From assembly GCA_011390785.1 (NCBI GenBank), contig JAABRR010000018.1:13208-77207 (forward strand): a stretch of DNA of 64,000 bases, in the 5' to 3' direction. Shown here piece by piece: positions 16,713 to 29,100 of this stretch. A program made the position numbers and the translations under genes. Every line of letters starts with the position of its first letter. Within the stretch, counting starts at the first letter, position 1. This DNA is from Sphingobacteriia bacterium. Lineage in GTDB: Bacteria; Bacteroidota; Bacteroidia; Bacteroidales; UBA7960. The notes beneath the pieces were generated by a model. It was not told the DNA's origin. It was given only the letters and a program-made list of their open reading frames with translations, and ran no database searches.

Positions 16713-18378
16713 GGGTTACGAAATCTTTGTTTCTTTTATAAAATACAAATCCATTCTTTTCATAAAGTATTTCCAGCTGTGGATATTCCCTGAGATACCT
16801 TTCTTTTCTCTGAATTTTGGATACAAAATAAATGGTTTTATCTGTATCTCCTGTCATAAGCCATTCGGTATTGTTAGAAAGAGGGGTATCGGGAATTTGT
16901 TTTTCGCCATAAAAAAGGTGCGCATAGCTCTTAAATCCAAGGGTTTTGATGTAAGCGTCTTCTTTTGCCACGCTTTGATAAAACTCAATGGCAGCTCTCT
17001 GTGTATAACCTTCAACCCTGGGTATAACCAGTATTAGTGTTATGCTAATAAACAACAAGGTTGCTCCGTAAATTAGCATGGCAGCCTTTACAGCCTGCTT
17101 GCGATATTTTAAAAAAAGGATTACCCCTATAATTAAAAGCAGGCCGCCCAAACCTTCAGCTCCACTCCAGTTCACAGTGGCCTGCAAGTTACCCACAGCA
17201 AAAGGATCTGCAATTAAATCCATGGCAATTACCCGGTCGTTGAAAAAAATTATCAGATAGGGAAAAAGTAAAACCAAAACTCCGTATAAAACTCCCAATA
17301 TGGAAATGGTTATCCGTGAAAAGCGGTTATATGTTTCTCCCGATTGATCAAAATATCGTAAAACATAGGCCGCAAAAAACGTAAGAGGGAAATAAGACAA
17401 GGAAGAATAATGCATGATCTTGGTTTTGACAATGGTAAAAAGAATCATTACCACTGCAAGTAAAACACCCATTAAAACCTGCAAGTCTTTATCCTCGCCC
17501 CTGAAATAAAGTTTTTGACCCCGGCACCATGCTGCAAAAGCTATTATTGCAGCCGGAAATACACCAAAAAATACCACCACAAAATGATAGAGTAGAAAGC
17601 CACCATGGCCTGCGTCCTGGGTCTTGAATAACCTTATCTGGTATTCAATAAAATCGGCGATAATAGTGTAATTGCCGATCATTATTTGCAGGATAAACCA
17701 CAGACCGCCGGTAATGGTTATAAAAAAAACAAACAATGCAATATCGCGAATAGTGAAACCTACAGCAAATCGCTTGTAAATCAGATAAATAAATCCACTA
17801 AGTGCGAAAACCAGCAAAGCAACCGGACCCTTGGTTAAAATTGCGAGTCCTATTAATGTGCCCGATAAAATGGCGAAAATAATTTTTTGTTGCTTTACAC
17901 GGGCAATTGTATATTCGTAGAAACTATATGTACCGGAAAATATAAAGAGGTTGAACCACGGATCGATAATGCCACTTTTAAAATAAAAAAAAGGGAGAAC
18001 AGACCCGCCATATGCCATTACCCAAAACCAACCAAAGCGTTTGTTAAACAGTCTTTTTCCAATAAAATAAAGAAACAGAAGAGTAATCATTCCTGCTATT
18101 GCATTGGGGAAACGGGCAGCAAATTCGTTGATGCCAAATATTTTCATGCTCACCACCTGCATCCAGATAAATAGCGGGGGCTTTTCCCAAAAGGGGACAA
18201 AATTTATCTGTACGGTAAGATAATCTCCGGTAAGGATCATCTCGCGGGCCGATTCGGCAAAATTGATCTCATCCCAGTCAAATAAATGAACCTTACCCAA
18301 AAAGGGTAAAAAGAAGACGAGCGACAAAAGCGCTATCCAAATAAAATTGCGATCAAATGACAAACGGTTAGATGCCAT
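16702..18378 (-). CDS. ArnT/PMT-like (GT39/GT83) polytopic membrane glycosyltransferase
   Basis: 558 aa with many transmembrane segments. The N-terminal loop motif LFDWDEINFAESAREM is typical of ArnT-like lipid-to-lipid glycosyltransferases. Confidence 0.75.
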   Translation of the reverse strand: MASNRLSFDRNFIWIALLSLVFFLPFLGKVHLFDWDEINFAESAREMILTGDYLTVQINFVPFWEKPPLFIWMQVVSMKIFGINEFAARFPNAIAGMITLLFLYFIGKRLFNKRFGWFWVMAYGGSVLPFFYFKSGIIDPWFNLFIFSGTYSFYEYTIARVKQQKIIFAILSGTLIGLAILTKGPVALLVFALSGFIYLIYKRFAVGFTIRDIALFVFFITITGGLWFILQIMIGNYTIIADFIEYQIRLFKTQDAGHGGFLLYHFVVVFFGVFPAAIIAFAAWCRGQKLYFRGEDKDLQVLMGVLLAVVMILFTIVKTKIMHYSSLSYFPLTFFAAYVLRYFDQSGETYNRFSRITISILGVLYGVLVLLFPYLIIFFNDRVIAMDLIADPFAVGNLQATVNWSGAEGLGGLLLIIGVILFLKYRKQAVKAAMLIYGATLLFISITLILVIPRVEGYTQRAAIEFYQSVAKEDAYIKTLGFKSYAHLFYGEKQIPDTPLSNNTEWLMTGDTDKTIYFVSKIQRKERYLREYPQLEILYEKNGFVFYKRNKDFVTHDQ

Positions 18379-18389
18379 AATACCTGTGA

Positions 18390-19034
18390 TTAAGTTCTTG
18401 AAAAATCAATTTTTCTTTCCATCCAGTTTCTTTGCCAGTAATTAAACAGGATAACTGATATAGTGGCAGCAATTACCCCTATAAGTGACCCTGCAATAAC
18501 ATCGGGCAAAAAGTGCAGCGATAAGTACATTCTGGAGAAACCCACCAAAAAGGCAAGTAACAGATATAAAAACTGAAGGCTTCGGTTTTGGGTAGTAAAT
18601 ATCAAACAAAAGAACAAGGCAAATGCTGTGGCGGTATGCCCTGAAGGAAACGAAAAGTTTTTGTGTATTTCTACACCTTCTACAAAATAAAGGTCATAGC
18701 TATTCTCAAAATACCTTGCGGGGCGGGCAACACCGGGGAAAAATACCCGTTTCATCACCTGAGCCCCAATACCCGCTAAAACAGCAGCGGTTAGCTGCAT
18801 CAGGCTGTACCTGAATTTTACAAATAGAAAAAAAAGGATTAGAATTGCTGCAAAAAAACCATCGCCGAGATGGGTAATATACTTAAATGCAAAATCTGCG
18901 GCAGGATGATGCTGTTCATTGATAAATATATGAATATCAGCTTTGCCAAATTGTTGAACAAAAAATAACAATAGCAGGGTTATACATGCATAACTGGCTA
19001 TAGCCCATGAACTGTTTTTCCAGATAAACTTCAT
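18390..19034 (-). CDS. PAP2 superfamily membrane phosphatase (LpxE/LpxF-like candidate)
   Basis: PAP2 motifs are present: KRVFFPGVARP, SFPSGHTATAFA and SRMYLSLHFLPDV. It is a polytopic membrane protein. Confidence 0.8.
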   Translation of the reverse strand: MKFIWKNSSWAIASYACITLLLLFFVQQFGKADIHIFINEQHHPAADFAFKYITHLGDGFFAAILILFFLFVKFRYSLMQLTAAVLAGIGAQVMKRVFFPGVARPARYFENSYDLYFVEGVEIHKNFSFPSGHTATAFALFFCLIFTTQNRSLQFLYLLLAFLVGFSRMYLSLHFLPDVIAGSLIGVIAATISVILFNYWQRNWMERKIDFSRT

Positions 19035-19124
19035 TTTAGGTAAGAATTTGTGATACCCACTACAGAGAAAGATTTCAGGATTATCTCAATAAACCCTTAA
19101 AAAATAATAGTTACATTTGTTTGA

Positions 19125-19244
19125 TAAACCAAGGCGAAAGTAAAAAAAACATTCATATTAGCCAAATACGCTTTTGAAGATTTCCTGATGCCATAGGTTG
19201 ATTTTAAACCACCCCAGATACTAACTATTGGGATGGTCTTTTTT
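19125..19244 (+). ncRNA. Candidate ~120-nt sRNA or terminator-containing 5' leader upstream of the cyclophilin gene
   Basis: A TACATTTG -7-type box lies at 19112-19119. An intrinsic-terminator-like hairpin (19208-19216 / 19229-19237, 8 of 9 bp) is followed by T6 at 19239-19244. No ORF is present. No clear -33 TTG was found. Confidence 0.3.
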
Positions 19245-19276
19245 ATACTAATAATTTTATTCTAACAACATTAACT

Positions 19277-19717
19277 ATGTTAATCGCTTCAATACAAACT
19301 GAAAAAGGGGTAATGAAAGTTTCTTTTTATGAAGAAGATGCCCCGGGAACAGTTAAAAATTTTGTTGATCTGGCCAAAAAGGGTTTTTACAACGGGCTAA
19401 CCTTCCACCGTGTAATACCTGACTTTGTTATTCAGGGCGGTTGCCCCCTCGGCACAGGCGGTGGTGGCCCGGGCTATACCATTCCGTGCGAATTGGCTGG
19501 CAGTAATCAGTATCATGACCGTGGTGTTTTATCGATGGCACACGCTGGCCGCAATACCGGCGGATCGCAGTTTTATATTTGTCACAATCGCTATAACACC
19601 CAGCATCTCGATCGCAAACATACCTGCTTTGGCAAGGTTTACGAAGGCCTGGAAGTAATTAATGAAATTAGGCCCGGCGATAAGATTGAAAAAATTGTGA
19701 TTGAAGAGAACTCCTAA
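19277..19717 (+). CDS. ppiB: Peptidyl-prolyl cis-trans isomerase, cyclophilin type
   Basis: [35 protein letters not shown] and GGSQFYI are cyclophilin signatures. Confidence 0.9.
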   Translation: MLIASIQTEKGVMKVSFYEEDAPGTVKNFVDLAKKGFYNGLTFHRVIPDFVIQGGCPLGTGGGGPGYTIPCELAGSNQYHDRGVLSMAHAGRNTGGSQFYICHNRYNTQHLDRKHTCFGKVYEGLEVINEIRPGDKIEKIVIEENS

Positions 19718-19726
19718 ACTTTTACT

Positions 19727-19942
19727 ATGCAAACAATTAGATTTCCCCTCAACGGGGATTTTATTGAATTATCAAACCTGCTGAAAGTTACCCAAATTGC
19801 CAGTAGTGGCGGCGAAGCCAAAATTATGATAGCAGATGGGTTGGTAAAACTAAATGGTGAAACAGAAAGTCGTAAACGGGCAAAAATAAAACCCGGCGAT
19901 AAGGTACAGGTTGACGATTATACAATTGTTGTAGAACCTTGA
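19727..19942 (+). CDS. ybcJ: S4-domain RNA-binding protein, YbcJ family
   Basis: 71 aa. GGEAKIMIADGLVKLNGETESRKRAKIKPGDKV matches YbcJ-like S4 proteins. Confidence 0.75.
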   Translation: MQTIRFPLNGDFIELSNLLKVTQIASSGGEAKIMIADGLVKLNGETESRKRAKIKPGDKVQVDDYTIVVEP

Positions 19943-20078
19943 TTATTATGTACCTGTCGAATTTTTTGAAGTGGTTAAATTGGTAAAGAGCATTTAAATA
20001 ATCTGAAAGATAAATTCAATGCTGATTTTTCTATTAGGAGATACTGCTTTTAATTTGATGTTGAGTACAAAGCAATAA

Positions 20079-20113
20079 AAAAAGCTTCACGTTTTTTGTG
20101 AAGCTTTTTTTTA
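20079..20113. terminator. Bidirectional intrinsic terminator between ybcJ-like and groEL
   Basis: AAGCTTCAC (20082-20090) pairs with GTGAAGCTT (20098-20106). The stem is flanked by an A-run and a T-run. Confidence 0.8.
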
Positions 20114-20132
20114 ATATTTATAATCGGTGATT

Positions 20133-21779
<1,647 letters not shown>

Positions 21780-21828
21780 TTATTTTTGTTTTAGATTAAA
21801 TTTATATACTTTCTTTAAATATCTTTGA

Positions 21829-22110
21829 TTAACCAATTACAGCATAAACGTCAGATTCACGCATGATCAGATAATCTTTACCATCAACTGTAATTTCTGT
21901 TCCGGCATATTTTCCATACAATACAATGTTACCTGTTTTAACAGTAAGTGGAGCATCTTTTGTTCCGGTTCCAACTGCAACGATAGTTCCTCTCTGAGGC
22001 TTCTCTTTTGCTGTGTCAGGAATAATAATACCACCTGACGTTTTTTCTTCTGCCGCGGCGGGCTCTACCAGCACTCTGTCTGCTAAAGGCTTGATGTTTA
22101 TATTTGCCAT
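21829..22110 (-). CDS. groS: Co-chaperonin GroES
   Basis: 93 aa. [42 protein letters not shown]. Confidence 0.98.
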   Translation of the reverse strand: MANINIKPLADRVLVEPAAAEEKTSGGIIIPDTAKEKPQRGTIVAVGTGTKDAPLTVKTGNIVLYGKYAGTEITVDGKDYLIMRESDVYAVIG

Positions 22111-22251
22111 GTTCTCAATTTTTGATTGTTAAACAATTAATAATTTCTAATTTTTAATTTTTTATTGCATCACTGCCACTGTCACTTTTTGTGCCAAACC
22201 TTTTTATTGGCGTTTTTAACGTCATTATTGCATAGTAGGGGGAAGAGAAAT

Positions 22252-22284
22252 AAAAAAAGTGTCAGATTTATGACAATCTGACAC
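22252..22284 (-). terminator. Intrinsic terminator downstream of secG
   Basis: GTGTCAGAT (22259-22267) pairs with ATCTGACAC (22276-22284). The A-run at 22252-22258 gives a U-run on the minus strand. Confidence 0.75.
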
Positions 22285-22312
22285 TTTTTAACTTGTACTT
22301 TAATGTATGCTC

Positions 22313-22681
22313 TTAGTCCAATGCAGGAGGCTCTTCAGAAGGTATGTTTTGATCTTCTGCCGGAACTCCTTGTGCCGGAGGTGCAGAAAAATCGCCCGAT
22401 GGCATAGGAATACGGTCAATAATTTCACTTTGGCGGGTTTCTATTACCTGGCCACGAGGAATTACAAAAGTTGAAGATAGAGTAAGTACAACCAGAACTA
22501 TAGCCAATGTCCAGGTTGATTTTTCAAGAAAATCAGTGGTTTTTCTTACACCCATAATTTGATTGTTAGATGCAAAGTTGGAAGCAAGGCCACCACCCTT
22601 GGAGTTTTGAACCAACACAATAAGTATTAATAAGATGCATGTGATAAGAATCAAAACGGAAATTAAAATGTATGCGCCCAT
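22313..22681 (-). CDS. secG: Preprotein translocase subunit SecG
   Basis: The two-TM N-terminus is ILLILIVLVQNSKGGGLASNF, with a Pro/Glu-rich tail. Confidence 0.85.
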   Translation of the reverse strand: MGAYILISVLILITCILLILIVLVQNSKGGGLASNFASNNQIMGVRKTTDFLEKSTWTLAIVLVVLTLSSTFVIPRGQVIETRQSEIIDRIPMPSGDFSAPPAQGVPAEDQNIPSEEPPALD

Positions 22682-22692
22682 TTTTCGTTTAT

Positions 22693-23775
22693 TTAAATAT
22701 TGATTTCGTTTTTAATAGCTATTATTTTTTTTGCAAAGTAACTGCTTTTTTCCGGATATTTCAAACATAATTTTTCATAGATACCCAGCGCTTTATCCTT
22801 TTTCCCTTGCTTCATATAAATGCCTGCTAATGTTTCAGTTACAATCTCTGAATTGTCTTTTGTACTGGTTTCCGACAAGTCTTCCTGGCTCTCTGGAAGA
22901 TCTTTACTAACCTTAATCCGGGGCTTTTCTTTCAGAAACTTCTCTATCAAAAAGTTAATGTCGGGCTTTTGTGCTTGTTTTTCGTGTTCGGTAAAATCGG
23001 GTTTGGGAATATTTTCTGATTCCTTACCTGCCCTGATATCTATTGTGGAAGTATTATTTATCTCTATGGAAGATTCCTCAGGAAAGTGAGTTGTTTCCAA
23101 ATCTGAAAAAGTATTATGAAGCTTTGTTTCTTCATTTGATAGGTCTTGTTCTGTGGGTTCAGATTCATCTGTTGTAACTGATTTTTCATGAATCACTTCT
23201 TTTTCATCAGTTTGTGTTTCCTGATCAGGAAGGATTCCATCACTATCGGCTATTTTCTCTTTTTGTGTTATAGATTCTGTTGTTTGAATAGTGGGTTGTT
23301 TTGGCCCGATCCCCAGCCAGTTTTTCAGTTTTTGAAAAATAGAAACAGAAGGTTTTTCTTCTTCAATTCCTAGTCTTGTTTGAATTAAGGGCGAAATCAT
23401 TGAGTTAGCTTGCTTTACGGCTATTTCTTCAGATTCAGTATCAAGAGCGGTTTCGGGATTTTCCAGAGGCTGATCTTCCAGAGGTAATTCTATGGCCTGT
23501 TGTGCATTATATTGTGTTTCATTCAGACCAACGGGTTTATCGCGATCAGATATGTAGCGTTGAAATTTATGGCGGTCAACGGCGTATGCTGACGCTCTGT
23601 TAACTTGTTCTTCAAAAGCCAGCTTATCATGCGTTTGTTGGTTTTTTGCCAATAAAATCTGCAAACTTTGACAGAAAGGATAGTTTGCCGTCAAATTACT
23701 AAGCAACACAAGGGTTTTCTCATTGAGTTGATAGGGGTTTTTAATGATTTGAAGAATCTTTTGTTGGTTTTGCAT
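22693..23775 (-). CDS. Hypothetical acidic low-complexity protein with a C-terminal TPR-like motif
   Basis: 360 aa with an E/T/Q/S-rich middle. The C-terminus is LAGIYMKQGKKDKALGIYEKLCLKYPEKSSYFAKKI. Confidence 0.6.
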   Translation of the reverse strand: MQNQQKILQIIKNPYQLNEKTLVLLSNLTANYPFCQSLQILLAKNQQTHDKLAFEEQVNRASAYAVDRHKFQRYISDRDKPVGLNETQYNAQQAIELPLEDQPLENPETALDTESEEIAVKQANSMISPLIQTRLGIEEEKPSVSIFQKLKNWLGIGPKQPTIQTTESITQKEKIADSDGILPDQETQTDEKEVIHEKSVTTDESEPTEQDLSNEETKLHNTFSDLETTHFPEESSIEINNTSTIDIRAGKESENIPKPDFTEHEKQAQKPDINFLIEKFLKEKPRIKVSKDLPESQEDLSETSTKDNSEIVTETLAGIYMKQGKKDKALGIYEKLCLKYPEKSSYFAKKIIAIKNEINI

Positions 23776-23786
23776 CTTTGGTTTTT

Positions 23787-24293
23787 TTACCAGTTCACCA
23801 CGGCTTTGTTAAAAATATCTTCTACCAATGCTTCGGTAATAATCTCTATTGCTTCAGCTTCAACTTCAGAAAGGCTGCGTTGGCTGTTATAATCATAAAA
23901 GCGTGAAAATGTTTGTTCAAAATCGTTTTCAGGTTCAAATTCATTTATAAATTTTACTCTAACTGAAATCGTTAGCCGGTTTTGAGCGGCCTGATCATTT
24001 GCACCTATAGATTGGGGTTGTACGCTATAACCTGTAATACTTCCTTCAAAATGCAGATCACCCAAGCTGTTGTTTAACCGCAGGCTGGTTTGTTGCGAAA
24101 ATTTATCTTTAAGGGCATCCGTAAAAATTTGACTTAGAGTAGGTTGAACCAATGGGGCGAAGTTAGGGAAATAATCGACTGAAAAAGTAGATGCTCCGGC
24201 AGGTATTGATGCTCCCGTAAAAGAATAAATACCACATGAATGGGTTACAAAAAAGATTGATAACAGGGCAATTATTTTACTCAGATTTTTCAT
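23787..24293 (-). CDS. lptE: LptE-like LPS-assembly lipoprotein
   Basis: Lipobox VTHSCG followed by IYSFTGASIPAGASTFSVDYFPN, typical of Bacteroidota LptE. The track start at 24314 is TTG, so the ATG at 24293 is preferred. Confidence 0.65.
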   Translation of the reverse strand: MKNLSKIIALLSIFFVTHSCGIYSFTGASIPAGASTFSVDYFPNFAPLVQPTLSQIFTDALKDKFSQQTSLRLNNSLGDLHFEGSITGYSVQPQSIGANDQAAQNRLTISVRVKFINEFEPENDFEQTFSRFYDYNSQRSLSEVEAEAIEIITEALVEDIFNKAVVNW

Positions 24294-24385
24294 AGAATTT
24301 TTTAGGGTTATCAATTATTTCAATTACTGTATTGAAAACCAAAGGTAATATCAGTAGGTATCCTTTGGTATCAATTCTTAATACA

Positions 24386-25636
24386 CTATGCACTAATGTC
24401 ATATTCTTTAATTTTTCGGTATAGAGTTCTTTCACTTATTCCCAATTCATCTGCAGCTTTTTTTCTTCTCCCTTCATGCTTTTGTAACGCCCTGATTATC
24501 AAATCTTTTTCTTTTTTATGAATGCTAAGGCTTTCTTCAATATAGCCAGTTGCATCTTCTTCATAACTTTCTACAATCTGGTGGTGATGATCGGTAAGTT
24601 CTGATGTTTCAGATTCTGGTTCTGTCATGTAATCGTCTGAATCTACATCTTTGTAAAGACTTTTGATTAAATGTGGATTTTCTTCATGGAAACTTCCGCT
24701 TACCTGTCCGTTTCTTACCAGCTCAATGACAATTTTCTTCAGATCTGTAACATCTTTTCTCATATCGAAAAGTAACCTATACAAAATATCTCTTTCATTC
24801 ATGCCGGCATCTGTGCGTTTCAAATCACTCACCAAAACGGGTAAATTAGAGCTTTGCGTTTGGGGAAGGTATTTATGAATAATATCAGATGTGATAATAC
24901 GGCTGCTTTCAATTACTGAAATCTGCTCGGCAATATTTTTTAGTTGCCTGATGTTTCCAGGCCAGCGATAATTAAGCAAAATAGTTTCTGCTTCCTGGCT
25001 TAACTGAAGAGGGGGCATTCGGTATTTTTCGGCAAAATCAGCCGAAAATTTCTTGAAAAGCATAATAATATCAAGTTGTCTGTCGCGAAGAGCCGGTACA
25101 AATATGGGTACCGTGTTTAACCGGTAATAAAGGTCTTCTCTGAATTTTCCGTTTGAAATGGCCTCCTGCAAATTTACATTTGTGGCAGCCACAACCCTTA
25201 CATTGGTTTTAAGAACTTTCGATGATCCAACCTTTAAAAACTCGCCACTTTCTAAAACACGAAGTAACCTAACCTGGGTAAGCAGTGGTAGTTCTGCTAC
25301 TTCATCAAGAAAAATGGTTCCATTGTTTACTACTTCAAAATAGCCTCTGCGTGCTTCATGGGCTCCGGTAAAAGAACCTTTTTCATGGCCAAAAAGCTCT
25401 GAATCAATTGTCCCTTCTGGTATGGCGCCACAGTTTACGGCAATGAAAGGGCCATGTTTTCGTGCACTCAGTTGATGTATGATCTTGGGAAACGATTCTT
25501 TGCCAACGCCACTTTCACCTGTTATCAAAACACTAATATCTGTGGGTGCTACCTGAATGGCAACATCTATTGCCCGGTCAAGAGCTGGTGAATGGCCGAT
25601 GATTCCAAATCTTTGTTTTATTCCTTGGATTTCCAT
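24386..25636 (-). CDS. Sigma-54-dependent transcriptional activator lacking an N-terminal sensory/receiver domain
   Basis: The AAA+ domain starts within ~15 aa of the N-terminus. Walker A is GESGVGKE and the GAFTGA variant is GSFTGA. The C-terminal Fis-type HTH is [18 protein letters not shown]. The track start is GTG, so the ATG at 25636 is preferred. Confidence 0.85.
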   Translation of the reverse strand: MEIQGIKQRFGIIGHSPALDRAIDVAIQVAPTDISVLITGESGVGKESFPKIIHQLSARKHGPFIAVNCGAIPEGTIDSELFGHEKGSFTGAHEARRGYFEVVNNGTIFLDEVAELPLLTQVRLLRVLESGEFLKVGSSKVLKTNVRVVAATNVNLQEAISNGKFREDLYYRLNTVPIFVPALRDRQLDIIMLFKKFSADFAEKYRMPPLQLSQEAETILLNYRWPGNIRQLKNIAEQISVIESSRIITSDIIHKYLPQTQSSNLPVLVSDLKRTDAGMNERDILYRLLFDMRKDVTDLKKIVIELVRNGQVSGSFHEENPHLIKSLYKDVDSDDYMTEPESETSELTDHHHQIVESYEEDATGYIEESLSIHKKEKDLIIRALQKHEGRRKKAADELGISERTLYRKIKEYDISA

Positions 25637-26156
25637 TGTTATCACTATTCTATTCTGTTTTTATGCCAATTTGACAGTTACAAAGTTAATTGATTATTTT
25701 CAGATTTTATCTTTCAGCAGGCTTATTTGGTTGAGCTTGTTAATAATCAATAACAATTCTTCAAAAAGTGCATTTATATTTATAATGTTCGTTTTATTGT
25801 TTAGAATGCTTAATTGTTATATAGATTTTTATTATTATTGCCCGGTGGTATGGTAACGAAAAATTCTAACATTAATATATGGGCTTCTAAAATGGATAGA
25901 ATAACTGATCGCAACTTTTTTTCAAGAAATTATGATTAAATTTTATTCAGCAGGGGATTTATTCTGGGATATTTTTAATAAAAAATAACTGCTAATTATT
26001 TTGTATTGAAGTTGCAAAGGCTAAAAAATAAATCTACCGTATAAAAATCTTAAGGTTTATCTTAAAAATGCCTATATTTATGAATTGAAATTATAAAATT
26101 TGACTTTTTTGGGTTCCCAAAAGTTTTCTGTTTAAATAGTTAGTAATTAGAGGTGT

Positions 26157-29100
26157 ATGTCATCAGAAGACAATTTTAAAAAGTTACGTGAAGCAGCTGA
26201 AAATGCCCTTGACAGGTTAAATTCTTCGGGCAAAATGGATAATTCTCCGGAAAATGACCTGAAAAAGATCTTGCATGATTTGCAGGTTCACCAGATGGAA
26301 CTTGAGATGCAGAATGAGGAACTGCGTAGAGTGCAGGATATGTTGGAACAGGAAAAATTACGCTATACCAATCTGTTTGAATATGCTCCTGTCGGTTACG
26401 TACTTATGAATAAACAAGGTAAGATAACAACCATTAATCAAACCTTATGTTCTTTGCTGGGAATTTCCAAATCTTCTGTTACCGATAAGAAGAATCTCTC
26501 ATCCTATCTTAGTCCCGAATCACAGGATGTTTTTTATCTTCATATTCAAAATCTTTTAGAAAAAGGGAAATCATCATTCTGCAAACTGGCTATGAAGACC
26601 CCTGGTAATGTTGAGCTTTGGGTAATCATGGAAAGTAAAATTTTCTATTCCGATGAGTCAAGTGAATATATAATTCAGTCATCCTTAACAGATATTTCAG
26701 CATCAAAAATTAATGAAGATCATTTGCTTCGCCTTTCTACTGCTTTTGAACAAAGTGCAAATTCTATTATAATTACAGATATTTCAGGAAATATTCAGTT
26801 TGCCAACCCAAGAGTTTTTGAAACTACAGGGTTTTCTGAGGATGAATTAATAGGGGAGAATCCCCGAATAATAAAATATGAAAACTCTGAAGTTAATTAT
26901 TCGGAAATGTGGGAAACCATTTCTTCCGGCCAGACCTGGAAGGGCGAATTTATTAATAAAGATAAATTTGGAAATCTTTATTGGGAAATTGCCACTATCT
27001 CTCCAGTAAAAAATAAGCAAGGTAAAATCATTAATTATCTTGCCATTAAGGAAGATATAACCCAACGAAAACAGGCTGAAAAGAATTTGCAAAAGGCAAA
27101 GGATTTTTATTTGAAGCTGTTAGAAGATTTTCCTGTAATGGTTTGGCAGTGCGATAAAAAAGGAAACTTTAATTTTTTCAATAAAACATTTGCTTCTTTT
27201 ACCGGGTTAAACCCTCAAAATATTAATAATAAAGCATATATAAAGCAAATACATCCCAGTGATAGAGATATTTTTCTTGACTCATTTAATAAAAGCCTGA
27301 AAAACAATAATCCCTTTGTTGTAGAATACCGCCTGAAAGACCGGTATAATAATTACCGATGGGTACTTAACCATGCGAAACCATTTTCAGATATTGACGG
27401 TAATTATGGCGGGTTTATTGCCACTTCAACAGACATACACGATCGATGGGTGGTAGAAGAAAGATTGATAGAAAGTGAAGAAAGTTACCGAAGAATGTTT
27501 GAAGACTCCTTATTAGGTATATTTAAGCTAGACAGAAACTTTCAGTTTATTAGTGCAAATAAAGCTTTTGCTGAAATGTTCGGATATGAAAATACGGTTG
27601 ATTTTCTTATAGATATTAACAATAAACCAAAAAACTTTTTCATTGATTTTTCTATAGAAAAGGAATTTCGGAAACAATTGGTAAGGAGTAAAGAGAATCG
27701 GTTTGTTATTGAAAAAGAATTAACCAGAAAAGATAAAAGTGTTATCTACACGGTAATTCATTTGCGTAAGGTTTACGAAAGATCTCGGAACAAACAATAT
27801 TACATGGAGGGCTTCATTGAAGATGTAACAACCCGTAAGCTCTCTGAAAAGAAACTTACACTTTCACAACAGAAATTTAAGTCATTGTTCGAAAAATCAT
27901 ATGAAGCTATTTTAATTCTTGATGGAAATCTTATTGTAGATTGCAATAAAAGGGCTACCGAAATATTAAATCTTGAATTTGATGATTTGATTAATAAGAA
28001 CATCACCGAGTTTTCTGTTAAAAGACAAAGTGAAAGAAATAGCCGCAAACCCCTACTGCAGCAAAAAATAGATGCAGCTTTAAAAGGACAATCGCAAAAC
28101 TTTGAGTTACTTTTGATACGAAACCATAGAACCTTCGATGCTGAAGTTAGCTTCATCAGAATTTTTATGGACAATAAGTTTATGGTACAGGCTATTGTAA
28201 GAGACATTAGCGAGAAGAAACAAGCAGAAAAACAACTTAAGCAAGCACGAGACGATGCAGAAAAAGCAAAGATGGCACAAAGTGAATTTCTATCCCTTAT
28301 GAGCCACGAAATAAGAACACCTCTAAATGCTGTGGTATCGCTCACCGATTTAATGTTGCACGAACATCAATCACCAGACCAAAGAGAAAATCTCAGCTCC
28401 GTAAAACTATCCGCCAGACATCTTCTTGGCCTTATCGATGATATCCTTGATTATAACAAAATTGAATCGGGGAATATTCAGTTCGATATTGAAGATTTCG
28501 ATATCAGAAGTTTGGTAAGCCAGCTCGAAAAGGTTTTTGAAATAAAAGCCAGAGAGAAAAAAATAAAGTTTTTAACCCATGTAGAGGATAATGTGCCCGA
28601 AGTATTACGTGCTGATACCTTAAGGTTAAAACAGATTCTTTTTAATATGGTTGCCAATGCCATAAAATTTACCAATGAAGGCTATGTGAAGCTACAGGTT
28701 GAAAAAGCTCATATGGATGACAACAAGGTATTTTTTGAAATCAGAGATACCGGCATAGGCATTGCACCGGAAAGGCTGGAAGCTATTTTTGATAAATTTA
28801 CCCAGGAAGAAAGCAGCACAACAAGGAAGTATGGTGGCAGCGGACTTGGGCTCTCAATTTGCAAAAAATTAGTAGAACTTCAAAAAGGTAAGATAAAGGC
28901 TATCAGCAGTAAGAATGAAGGATCCGTTTTCTCCTTTTTTCTACCCATGGAAAAAGGAGATAAATCAGCAATAGAAACTTTAGAACTTGAAGAACACAAA
29001 GACATCTATTCGCTAAAGGAAATGAAAATCCTAATGGTAGAAGATGATAAAATGAATCAGCTGGTTGGCAAAAAGGTAATAAAAACAAAATGGAAAGCCA

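Noticed and set aside
22170-22200. TGGCAC on the minus strand ~80 nt upstream of groES, a possible sigma-54 -24 element near a sigma-54 activator gene
   Set aside because: The -12 position reads GTGA instead of TTGC, and a second TGGCAG has the wrong spacing to GC. It is not a credible -24/-12 promoter.
25646-26156. 511-nt AT-rich spacer between the sigma-54 activator and the hybrid kinase, inspected for ncRNA, a sigma-54 promoter or small ORFs
   Set aside because: No stable stems, no TGGCAC-N5-TTGC and only trivial ORFs (15 aa or less) were found. It probably holds just two divergent promoters.
27800-28345. 181-aa minus-strand ORF inside the hybrid kinase gene
   Set aside because: It is antisense to a well-supported PAS/HisKA region. 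Its S/F/C/L-rich product has no motifs.
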